A stretch of DNA of 63,370 nt, filler included, from Folioceros fuciformis (taxonomy: Eukaryota), in NCBI GenBank assembly GCA_049999805.1. It is 5 parts of 5 records of this genome, joined end to end, with 100 filler letters (N's around TTAATTAATTAA, not from the genome) between each part and the next. Parts side by side here need not be neighbours in the genome. Positions count along the whole stretch, not along the records: positions 1 to 26,954 come from JBNGIO010004449.1; 4 more parts are not named here. One strand, written 5' to 3'. Of this stretch, positions 1 through 9,639 are shown one piece after another. Position 1 is the first letter of the stretch, and each line of letters starts with the position of its first letter. The notes under the pieces are model-generated. The model made no database searches and was not told the DNA's origin. It saw only the letters and a program-made list of their open reading frames with translations. The translations under genes were made by a program, and so were the position numbers.

Positions 1-2854
1 AGATTTTCTACGTTACACTCGACAAAATCGTCAACAGCCTTGTGAACAAGGTTTGTCATTTATGAAATCAACGAAATCACCAAAGGTGAATGACACGAAA
101 CAGACATAGGTAGAGGCACTGCAGCCAAGTCAGCCAAAACATTAAAATTGACACCACGCACGGTGAGAGCACAGGGAGGAATACCCCTTGTGATTCTGTA
201 CAAAATTCCTCATGGAAAGTCGACCGACCATAGATTGGCAAGATGCTTAAATGCTGTCGAATTCTGTCATAGGTAGCCCCTTCCACGCCTGTATAACTGC
301 GCCCTTCCAAAGGTTGGGCTCTCCTGTTTCTCGACGACATTCCCATGGATGGTACTGAATACTTTTTCTGTGCAGACATATCTGAAAGAATAAGATCTGA
401 GATGCATAGTCTGCTTCTAGCTAGGTGCCAAGTAAAACGTGAACGGGAACAAAACCGCCATGATTCTGAGCCGCAGTAATAATGCCCAACGGTATGACAA
501 GTCCTCTTCTAAAACCAAGGTCAGATTGCTGTATGGAAAGTTAGTGAAAAAGCTTACGACTCCTGTAGATGCGACCAGATGTGTAGAGAGCAACCAAACA
601 AATCTGATCTGATATGTTCCTGAACTCATTTGTCATGATCATATCACGCTGCCACAACCAGGCCATGATACTTTACACTAGACTGACGTTGGTGAAGCCA
701 TCTGACCTATGAACAACAAGGGCATCTCTCAGAAACCACTCAATATTGCCTCCTCGTTCTTGTCTGGTGAAATTTCTCACTGTAGCTCCACAACTTCAAC
801 TGAACAACCTTCTATATGGTCAAAAACATGCATACCACCACCATGTATGATATGCTGGTAGATACGCCTGATCACGCCAACCGGCAAACCCCACTGCTAA
901 ACTCGAATGCATATTATTCCCAAGATTATCAAACTCCTACGTGGTAGTGTAAGCGTGTAAAGACTGCTTGCAGATGACACCTTTCATAAGAGGCTGTGGC
1001 AAAATGTCCTTTCCCAAGCTCAGCAACAGATAGAGGGAGACTCCTATAAAGCACAAGACACCCAAACTTAGCAACCTCTTCAGATGGACTCAGCCATTCC
1101 TACGTAGACCGATGCGCAACAAGAAGTGGCATCTCACAGAAAAAAATTAAAAAGAAAACAGTTAGGTCAAACAGCANNNNNNNNNNNNNNNNNNNNNNNN
1201 NNNNNNNNNNNNNNNNNNNNNNNNNNNNNNNNNNNNNNNNNNNNNNNNNNNNNNNNNNNNNNNNNNNNNNNNNNNNCTTCACACCTGGCAATTGTCCCAT
1301 CAAATCAAAAGGCAGTGGCTAGGACACAGCAGGCCAGTTTACCAGAGGATGTACATAAAAGGTCAGGAAGAGCATTGTGACCCATCTGCTTAGGAAGACG
1401 GCTGCCAGAGGCATTCACGACACCATCTGAATCAATGCTGAGACCAGATCCAGCATCTGAGCTGGTTGAGAGAGAGTCATGTCTCAGCAGAAAGCCTTCC
1501 TTCCTGCGAAGAAGACTGTATTGCAGCAGGAACTGCTTGACATACTCTGCATTTCCGACGGGAAACCTGATGTAGATCCAGAAAAATTGCATTCAGAATC
1601 CAGAAACATTCAGCGGCACAAGTGAGATAAGATTATTTCAGACTTGAAAGCTCAAAGGCAGTGGGGAACTGGAAAAGAAGAAGTAATGTAAGCCCCTTTC
1701 AGTAGACAGCTGGGGCAAAGTAGGTACCAGAAACGTTGCTCATATATCAGCAACAAGAGTTGTGAACATTGTAAGGAAACTTACTCCACCATCTGTTGTT
1801 CAAAGCTGGCAGGAAATCCATCATCGATGCAAAACCGAGTCTGCAAAACCGCATGATAGCTTTGACCATCACACCCATGAATCTCAAGTTTTGTATCTTG
1901 CACCCCTGTTTACATGTGAACAGTAAAAGGCCTTGTAAACACATGATCTCTCTGCTCCTTTGCGAGTGTGTCTAGATGCAAGGAAAATAACAGACTAGAA
2001 AATCATTATCAGCATGTAGCACTACACACGTCCGGCTTGAAAAGTGTAAGCAGCAGAGAACACAGGAACATAATAGAAATTATCCGCAAGCCCACAAGAC
2101 GTATCACGATGGCGGTCCTGGCATTGAGCCTTAACCACGCAACGTTGCGACGCCCTTCACCAAAATAGGTGGTGATGTGTCTCATAGTTCATGCTAGGAC
2201 TTCCACAACATTAAAAGGTTAAGCATCGCCAACCATTAGAATGTATAATGCGACGCAGAATTTGGCACGAGTCGCAATTGAGCTGGCTAGTGGAACTTGG
2301 ATCCCGGGGCAAACTCCTGTCGATTAAACTGCCTGCAATCCCCCACCAGAAGACACGCTCAAAACACTTTTGGCCTGCAATCAATGTTCCCTCGGCAGCA
2401 CGCGGAAAGACTCGCTACCTGTGGACGCACATGGGGAATTGGTCCTCAACGCTGGAGAGTAGTTCACAAGATTATCGTGACCACTGCCACCAAACAGGGC
2501 AAACGAATCTTTGGCAATGTCCGCATCAATCTCATCAAAGGCAATAAGTTCTCCATTAAGAGTGTCCTCAATGCAGGCGCCCCCTTCGTCCACTCCTTTA
2601 CTGTCAAACAACAATGAACTGAAATCGGGCTCTCCTCCCCCAACTTCAACCCTAGGGGCTCTCCGCGGTGGAAAGGAAGGCAGCGGCGTGAGCAGGTTGA
2701 ACGGGGGAGGAGGGACATTGAATCCCGTCAAGCTGAAGAACGGCTCCTCGGACACACACTCTTTCGGGGTTTTCAGGAAATCAGATATGTCAAAGCGAGG
2801 ACTGTTGAGGCTGTTGAGAACGAGGCTGTCGAAATTAGGGGAACCCCCGGACAT
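1..2854 (-). CDS. RKD-like (RWP-RK family) transcription factor, 5' part; the gene continues off the left edge of the window
   Basis: Manually spliced GT-AG exons 2854-2419, 2332-2234, 1905-1785 and 1566-~1280 join in frame: MSGGSPNF...LNCDSCQILRRIIHSNG-VQDTKLEIHGCDGQSYHAVL...FPVGNAEYVKQFLLQYSLLRRKEGFLLRHD. This resembles the N-terminal motifs recalled for plant RKD proteins (CxxCQxLRxIIHxNG..KLEIHG; VKQFLxQY). Further probable exons lie near 190-380 and 1-60. The RWP-RK domain itself is not in the window. Confidence 0.62.
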
Positions 2855-3644
2855 TTTCTTCTCTTCACACATGATGCAGACAAAGAGAGGCTGTTGCCGG
2901 ATCACACAAGACAATCAAACAGCGGCCAAGCATGAGCCATCCGGCCCTGGGGAATCACAGGGCAGACATGGAAGGGAGAATTGCTATGATTCCGGGGCCG
3001 GACTGCCATACGTTACATGCTCAGGCGTCGGTGCGTGAGAAATGGCACCACATTGCAAAGATACAGGAGAAACCGGACTTGGTAGAAATGAGTATCAGAG
3101 ATGTCGAGGGAGACATGGGGGCAGGGTTGAGCAAGATGGAAAGTCACGCACGCCAGAGTAGCAAGGGTAGCCAGCCTACCACAAGCAAGCAAATTGTGAC
3201 CAAAGCCGATGGCGTTCAAGAGGCCCTCCACGGGCTCCTGATGCTCCGCACTCAAACAAAGCCTCTCAAATCTCAGCTCATTTAGGTGTAGCCTACCGTC
3301 TGAATTGGCTCCTTTGGCAAACAACTACCCTGCATTCCCGAGCCCCAAAAATAACCTAAGTAAAAAACCCCGGAAAAACCTGCACAAGGCAACCGCTGGT
3401 GAAATGGCGATGGTGTCCTCGTCAAGTCAGAAGCCTATGATCTGATGGTACAGTCTCGGCCAGGGAGTGAAGACACTGCAAGATAGTGCATCCAAGCACA
3501 GGCTGCACAGCATGAAACACAAGCACAGCAGTACAGCACCGCCGTTGCACTCAAAGCTCGCACTATTGAGACAATCTGAGTGCAAGAGAGGTGCTGCAAT
3601 GCATGCAAAGGCCTTGTCTAAAGCTCGTCCCTCCCTTGCCGCAA

Positions 3645-4202
3645 TCAATCTCTCTTCCTCCGCTTCTTCTTCTTCCTCTTCGTCTCCGCAGGTTCTTCCT
3701 CCTCGTCTTCCTCTTCCGCGTCCTCATCTCTCCTTCGTTCTGCAGTCTTCGGTTGAAGGTCCTCCGGCAAATCATCATCCAATACTGGCCTGAGCTTGGG
3801 ATTCTTGAGCTGCTGCGTCCTGGAGGGGCGGGACATGTACACCCTCTCATTCTTACACTCGTAAGTCCAGTGGCCGGGTTGGCAGCACTTCTGACACACC
3901 ATCCTGTGCTGTCCCCCGCCATCCCCTGCCTTCACAGACTTAAGATCCTTCCGCACCCCGAGCTTCACGGCCTTCTCCGTGCTCATGAGATACATCTGCC
4001 GCTTGGCTTCCTTCCGCTCCTGCCATCGGCTGGGGCCTTCCTCCTTCTGCCCATACGCGTTCACATTCCGAGCTGCCGCAGCAGCGGCCCGCTCCGCTTG
4101 CGCCCTGCTCAGGCCCTTGGCCGCGCTCAGAGCTGCTGCCTTGATCCTGTCCGCAGCCGCAGCCGCAGCATCCGCATTCTCCTTCTTTGTCGCCATCGCC
4201 AA
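3645..4202 (-). CDS. Zinc-knuckle (CCHC) protein, ZCCHC10-like
   Basis: Single-exon 185-aa ORF with CQKCCQPGHWTYECKNERVYMSRPSRTQQLKNPKL and an acidic/basic tail. Confidence 0.85.
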   Translation of the reverse strand: MAMATKKENADAAAAAADRIKAAALSAAKGLSRAQAERAAAAAARNVNAYGQKEEGPSRWQERKEAKRQMYLMSTEKAVKLGVRKDLKSVKAGDGGGQHRMVCQKCCQPGHWTYECKNERVYMSRPSRTQQLKNPKLRPVLDDDLPEDLQPKTAERRRDEDAEEEDEEEEPAETKRKKKKRRKRD

Positions 4203-4280
4203 TGCTTTCCCGCGACTACTGTAGATCGAATAACGAGCAATTCCGGAGCGGACTCGTTCGGGCAGAATCGTCTGTGGAAT

Positions 4281-4313
4281 TTTAGGGTTTCAGCGAATCG
4301 GAGTTTATAAATA
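4281..4313. promoter_or_regulatory. Telo-box (TTAGGGTTT) and TATA box (TATAAATA, 4306-4313) in a 180-bp divergent intergenic region
   Basis: Motifs read directly between the head-to-head start codons at 4202 (-) and 4383 (+). Confidence 0.5.
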
Positions 4314-4382
4314 GGAGCAACGATTCCACAATCGAGAACACGTTGTGAAGAATGCATTGAGTATGCCCGGGTGCAGAGCGAC

Positions 4383-5414
4383 ATGGCTCAGGACCACAAT
4401 GACGTGTTTGCGCGGGAGGAACCGCAGAAGCGGTCCGAGATCTACACCTACGATGCCCCCTGGCTGATCTATGGCATGAACTGGAGCGTGCGCAAGGACA
4501 AGAAATTTCGGCTCGCTATCGGCAGTTTCCTCGAGGAAATCAACAACAAGGTGGAAATCGTGCAACTGGATGATGAGACTGGGGATTTCAAAGCGGACCC
4601 TAAGCTGTCTTTCGACCATCCTTACCCAACGACGAAGATCATGTTCATCCCGGACAAGGAGTGTCAGAAGCCTGACCTGTTGGCCACCACGGGGGATTAT
4701 CTGCGGATTTGGCAAGTGCACGACGAGCAAGTAGAGCCTAAGAGCCTGCTGAACAACAACAAGCACAGCGAGTTCTGTGCCCCTCTCACCTCCTTTGACT
4801 GGAATGAGGCGGAACCGAAGCGGGTGGGTACCTCCAGCATAGATACCACTTGTACTATTTGGGACATTGAGAAGGAGGTGGTGGACACTCAGCTCATCGC
4901 TCACGACAAGGAGGTTTATGACATTGCATGGGGAGGAGCCGGAGTGTTTGCTTCCGTGTCTGCAGACGGTTCGGTGCGGGTTTTCGATTTGCGGGACAAG
5001 GAGCACTCCACCATCATCTACGAGAGTCCTCAGCCTGATACCCCGCTCTTGAGGCTCGGGTGGAACAAGCAGGATCCCCGCTACATGGCTACAATTCTTA
5101 TGGACAACTCGAAGGTTGTGGTTTTGGATATCAGGTATCCGACTTTGCCTGTGGCTGAGCTTAAACGGCATCAGGCATGCGTGAACGCGGTGGCCTGGGC
5201 TCCTCACAGCTCCTGCCACATATGCACTGCAGGAGATGACTCCCAGGCTCTCATTTGGGACCTGTCCACCATGAGCCAGCCGGTGGACGGGGGCTTGGAC
5301 CCCATTCTAGCCTACACTGCCGGAGCCGAGATTTACCAGCTGCAGTGGTCCTCTACTCAGCCGGACTGGGTTGCTATAGCTTTCTCCAAGAAGCTGCAGA
5401 TCTTACGGGTGTGA
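4383..5414 (+). CDS. LWD1: WD40-repeat protein of the LWD/AN11/TTG1 (DCAF7) family
   Basis: Intronless [64 protein letters not shown]-terminal KLQILRV. First ATG at 4383. Confidence 0.93.
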   Translation: MAQDHNDVFAREEPQKRSEIYTYDAPWLIYGMNWSVRKDKKFRLAIGSFLEEINNKVEIVQLDDETGDFKADPKLSFDHPYPTTKIMFIPDKECQKPDLLATTGDYLRIWQVHDEQVEPKSLLNNNKHSEFCAPLTSFDWNEAEPKRVGTSSIDTTCTIWDIEKEVVDTQLIAHDKEVYDIAWGGAGVFASVSADGSVRVFDLRDKEHSTIIYESPQPDTPLLRLGWNKQDPRYMATILMDNSKVVVLDIRYPTLPVAELKRHQACVNAVAWAPHSSCHICTAGDDSQALIWDLSTMSQPVDGGLDPILAYTAGAEIYQLQWSSTQPDWVAIAFSKKLQILRV

Positions 5415-6134
5415 ACGCCGCCTCCAGATTTAGGACTAACGCACACTTTGATATGGCTGTTCTCAGAGGGTTTGCGAGGACGTCGGCTGTTATCTCTCGG
5501 CAACACTGGGTGTAGGCCAGTATTCATTTGAAACAGTAGGACGATCCTCCTGCCCGGCAGCGTGGGACCGTCACGGTCTTCCTGGTAGCTATCCTCTTGG
5601 GTCGACGCATATGGTTGCCATGTCAGTTATTCTACCCATGTGAACCTTCGGTGGGAGGTTCCATGGTCCGTTTGACGTTCCCACGGAGTTGCCTTTGTCA
5701 TCCCTGTGGAGGGATGATCCTTGTTGCCCTTCTCTCAATTGAGCACAGCAGATGTGCTGGTGGTGTCAAGGCTGACGGGTGGAAGCGCTGGTGGTCTGGG
5801 AGCAACTTCCGCAGAGGATGACAAAGACTTCGTCTGTCTGTCCTGCCAGAAGGATGAAAGGATGCCAGTCGACCCATTCAATTCGCCAGTTGGCAAACGT
5901 TTGATCGCCTTGACCTATTGAAACACGTTTTCCTGCATTTAGATGAGCTGTAGTTGACGACTTCTTGCCTAATGCTGTGCCTGCCCCCATGTAGCCTGTC
6001 CTTCGGTGCTTGTCACATTGTCTGTAAACACGCCTACGACCGTTGGACCTGACACCTCGAGTTGGTCGTCGGCCGTGGCTTTGACGCAGGGCAGCCGGAA
6101 GTGGTGTATCCCACGGCTCACACTGTCGCAACCT

Positions 6135-6180
6135 TGCCCAGGGCCCAGGGCTCGCCATTGTCAGGACTGGGCCCTGGGCA
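6135..6180. repeat. 14-bp perfect inverted repeat with an 18-nt spacer, containing TGGGCC site-II-like motifs
   Basis: tgcccagggcccag (6135-6148) and ctgggccctgggca (6167-6180). Confidence 0.7.
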
Positions 6181-6438
6181 TGGAAAGGAAAGACATCAGC
6201 CCTGGCCTAGGCAGAACAAGGGCGAGCCTGTCCTCAAGCCTCGAGGACATAAACTGCCTATTTGATTTTGTTGAATAGGTATAAATACATACATTAACTT
6301 AAAACACTTTCACTTCCTTCTCTTGGAATCCGTGAACTTGAATCCGATGTGAAGTTACTTAAATAACAATAATGAAAGCCGACCAACCGTTTGACCGCAG
6401 AGTCACAGAGCCCATCGTGGATTGAATGCTGTTACAAA

Positions 6439-8742
6439 ATGTTGGTGGCGCAGGAGGTCTTGCGGCAGCAACTCTCCTCTAGTGCTACACAGTACTACTT
6501 CTTCAAGGCAAGCAAAAGAACTGCCCACCATTACGACTTCAGGTACAGGACCCCCAACGAGGTGCAATGGCTGAGCAAAAACGGTGGTGGTTCCATGTGG
6601 AAGGCAAGGAGTGCAGGCTATTTGGTGGCTGAAACTTTGAGCCCAGGTTGTGAGGATGCGGGGTTGAAGGAAGCTGTTGAAGCTCTAGATCTCCTTGTGC
6701 AGCGAGGTTCTGACGTTGACACCTCTCTGTTTTATGGTGTTTTGAAACGATGCAGGAAGGACTTGCTGCTTTGCAGGCGGATCCATGCCATTGCTGCAAG
6801 AACTGGGCACGAGTTAGACCCGTTCTTAGCTAACCACATCATTGCCATGTATGCTTCTCACAAGAGGTTGGAGGAAGCAAGGCAAGTCTTTACTAAGGTT
6901 GCCAAGCCAAATGCCTATATGTGGGCTTCCATCAGTTTGGCGTATGCGCAGCACGGGCAGCCCACCGAGGCTATAGATCTGTACCGACAGATGAGGAAAT
7001 CGGCAGTGAAGGCAGACAGCCACGTGTTTGTGGCCGTCCTCAAGGCTTGCTCCAGTGCGGAGGATCTGGTGTGCGGGAAGGAGGTGCATGCGGAAGTTCT
7101 GGCCAGTGGCATGAAGGCTAACATGTTTGTCGGCAGCAGCCTGGTGAACATGTATGCGAAGTGCGGGCGGTTGCAGGATGCTCGCAGAGTTTTCGATAGT
7201 TTGGTCGACAAGGATGTGGTGACGTGGACGACCATGGTCTCTGGTTATGCGCAGAATGGGTTCGTTGGAGAAGCTCTGGCACTGTATGACGGAATGCAAC
7301 AGGAAGGGCTGTCGTCAGCTGATCCCGTTATGTATGTGTGCCTCGTGAATGCATGTGCGACATTCCGAGATCTGCAAAAAGGGAAGGAGCTTCATGCAGT
7401 GATTCGTGCGAGTGGTCTGGAAAGTGATGTGTCTGTTGGGAATTGCCTTGTTGATATGTATTCAAAGTGTGGGAGCTTGGAAGAGGCTCGCGCAGTGTTC
7501 GACAGATTGTCCAACAGAGATGTTGTCACCTGGAATGCCATGATTGCAGGATACTCGCAGCATGGACAGGGTGCCGAGGCACTGGCTTTGCACAGGAAGA
7601 TGGATGACGAATGTGGAGGTCCGGCTGATGAAGTTACGTTTGTTTGCCTTCTTCAGGCATGTGCTGATGTTGGAGCGCTGCATCAGGGAAGAGAGCTTCA
7701 TGGACAGACTCGTGAACGAGGCCTAGATTCGAGGGTGTATGTCGGTAGTAGCTTGGTTGACATGTATGCAAAGTGTGGGAGCATGGAGGAGGCTCGTCGA
7801 GTGTTTGACAACTTGTCCACCAAAGATGTCGTGACATGGAATGCGTTGCTCAATGGCTATTCCGAAAACGGCGAAGCTCATAAGGCTATGCAGTGTTTCG
7901 AATACATGTATCAGGAAGGTTTTGTTCCTAACGAAGCTACCTTTACTTGCCTTCTGGCCGCATGCAGTCACTTAGGCCTGGTCCAGGAAGGGCAGCGGTG
8001 TTTTAGAATCATGCTGGAGGAGCATGGTATTGAGCCCAGTGAGAGTCACTATAACTGCATGGTTGATCTTCTTGGGCGGGCAGGGCACCTCGCAGAAGCA
8101 GAGGTTATCTTGCGTACTATGGTTTGTGAGAAGAATGTGGTGGGGTGGACTTCACTTTTAAGTGCCTGCAAAAGCCACAATGATTTCGAGCGGGGCAAGC
8201 GCTGCTTCGACCATCTTGTGGAATTGGAACCTGAAAGCGCATCTGCGTATGTCCTCTTAGGTAATATCTATGCAAATGCTAGCAAGTGGAATGATGTGGA
8301 CCGAATAGAGAGCCTGAGGAAGTCTGCACAGGCGTGGAAGAAGCCTGCAAAGGTGTCCATTGAAGTGGGACGCAAGGTGCACGAGTTCACAGTGGGAGAG
8401 GACAGATGTGACGTTGCATCAAAGCTGGAGAGTGTGAACCGGAGGTTGAAAGAGGAAGGTGGGCATGTAGCACAAACAGCGTTGGTGCTGAGGGCAGTAT
8501 CTGAGCAGGAGAAGGAAGATGCTTTGTGTGGACATGCAGAAAAACTTGCCTTGGCATTCGGTCTGCTGAATACGCCCGATGGCACACCTTTGCTGGTTAC
8601 AAAAAATCTTCGCATGTGCAATGACTGCCACAGCAGCACCAAGATCATGTCACGTCTTGAACGGCGAGAGATAATAGTGAGAGATGCCCATCGAGTGCAT
8701 CGTTTCCGGGATGGGTCATGTTCATGTATGGACAGGCATTAA
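6439..8742 (+). CDS. PLS-class PPR protein with E1/E2 and a DYW:KP-type deaminase domain ending in DRH (candidate U-to-C organellar RNA editing factor)
   Basis: P-L-S triplets (SLVNMYAKCG, DVVTWNAMI), WKKPAKVSIEVG in place of the PG box, HAEKLALAFGL, CNDCH and terminal CSCMDRH. First in-frame ATG at 6439. Confidence 0.95.
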   Translation: MLVAQEVLRQQLSSSATQYYFFKASKRTAHHYDFRYRTPNEVQWLSKNGGGSMWKARSAGYLVAETLSPGCEDAGLKEAVEALDLLVQRGSDVDTSLFYGVLKRCRKDLLLCRRIHAIAARTGHELDPFLANHIIAMYASHKRLEEARQVFTKVAKPNAYMWASISLAYAQHGQPTEAIDLYRQMRKSAVKADSHVFVAVLKACSSAEDLVCGKEVHAEVLASGMKANMFVGSSLVNMYAKCGRLQDARRVFDSLVDKDVVTWTTMVSGYAQNGFVGEALALYDGMQQEGLSSADPVMYVCLVNACATFRDLQKGKELHAVIRASGLESDVSVGNCLVDMYSKCGSLEEARAVFDRLSNRDVVTWNAMIAGYSQHGQGAEALALHRKMDDECGGPADEVTFVCLLQACADVGALHQGRELHGQTRERGLDSRVYVGSSLVDMYAKCGSMEEARRVFDNLSTKDVVTWNALLNGYSENGEAHKAMQCFEYMYQEGFVPNEATFTCLLAACSHLGLVQEGQRCFRIMLEEHGIEPSESHYNCMVDLLGRAGHLAEAEVILRTMVCEKNVVGWTSLLSACKSHNDFERGKRCFDHLVELEPESASAYVLLGNIYANASKWNDVDRIESLRKSAQAWKKPAKVSIEVGRKVHEFTVGEDRCDVASKLESVNRRLKEEGGHVAQTALVLRAVSEQEKEDALCGHAEKLALAFGLLNTPDGTPLLVTKNLRMCNDCHSSTKIMSRLERREIIVRDAHRVHRFRDGSCSCMDRH

Positions 8743-9639
8743 CAGCAAGCTGTGCGTCCATCCTTTCCAGGACTCTGCCCCCATAAGGAGATAGCAAGAT
8801 GGCCCAATTCATCTTTCCTCGAGCTTTTGTCAAATTGTAAAGCAAGTTACCGAGTTATATCTTGCCCTGCAAAGGTGTCATGTCCGTAAGGCCATGTGAG
8901 CCTTACCTTACCTGGCCCTCATATCCGACTGTATGGTCTGATGCGAAGGTCAGGCGTCCCTGACATCGCATATGACCTTGTTTGATTGGCAAGGGTTTTC
9001 GGTACAGGGCTGGAGCTATGGTTGGTCACCCCGCATATCAGCAATCATCGCCAGATTCAGAGGAGTTGGATCCACACCACACATAGGCCAATCCACTGCG
9101 GAGGTAGGTTCTCGCCATTCCTTCATTCCTCTGTCCCCTGTTCTTTCTTCAGGCATTTTAATAGGCTAGATTTTAGCAACTCCAAATCTCACGAACTTTT
9201 GACATGGTTCTTTCCAGTGGCTCACTGGCTCTTGATTATTTCCGTCACCGAGGACTCATGCGTTGAAGGCATTTTGCCAGACTTGTTGCTGTAGCATCTC
9301 CATAAGCGACGATTTTCAGCAGCGAACTATCCGGAGTGGCAGGTTCAGTGTGCACCTCACTCTTCCAGTTGGCAATGCTTAAGTGACCATCATCCACATT
9401 GTAAATTCTGTTTCTCTGCATTGTGCATTTGTTGCTTCCCACTCTGAAGTTGGGATGCCCACTTGTATGTGTCTGCAGGAGGAACGCGAGTGCCCATGCT
9501 GACAGAGTGCCCTTTAAGGTCAGATGTGGTGGGCAGCTTTTTCTGCTTGCACATAAATCTTTCCTAGCAGTGTAGGGCGTCCAGATGTGACCAGTTTCGG
9601 CAATTGTGCAGGCGCTTTTGCAGCCTTGCGTGCATGCGG

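Noticed and set aside
3591-4310. 239-aa plus-strand ORF
   Set aside because: Antisense shadow of the zinc-knuckle gene.
4305-5219. 304-aa antisense ORF over LWD
   Set aside because: Shadow of a codon-biased sense gene; no recognisable features.
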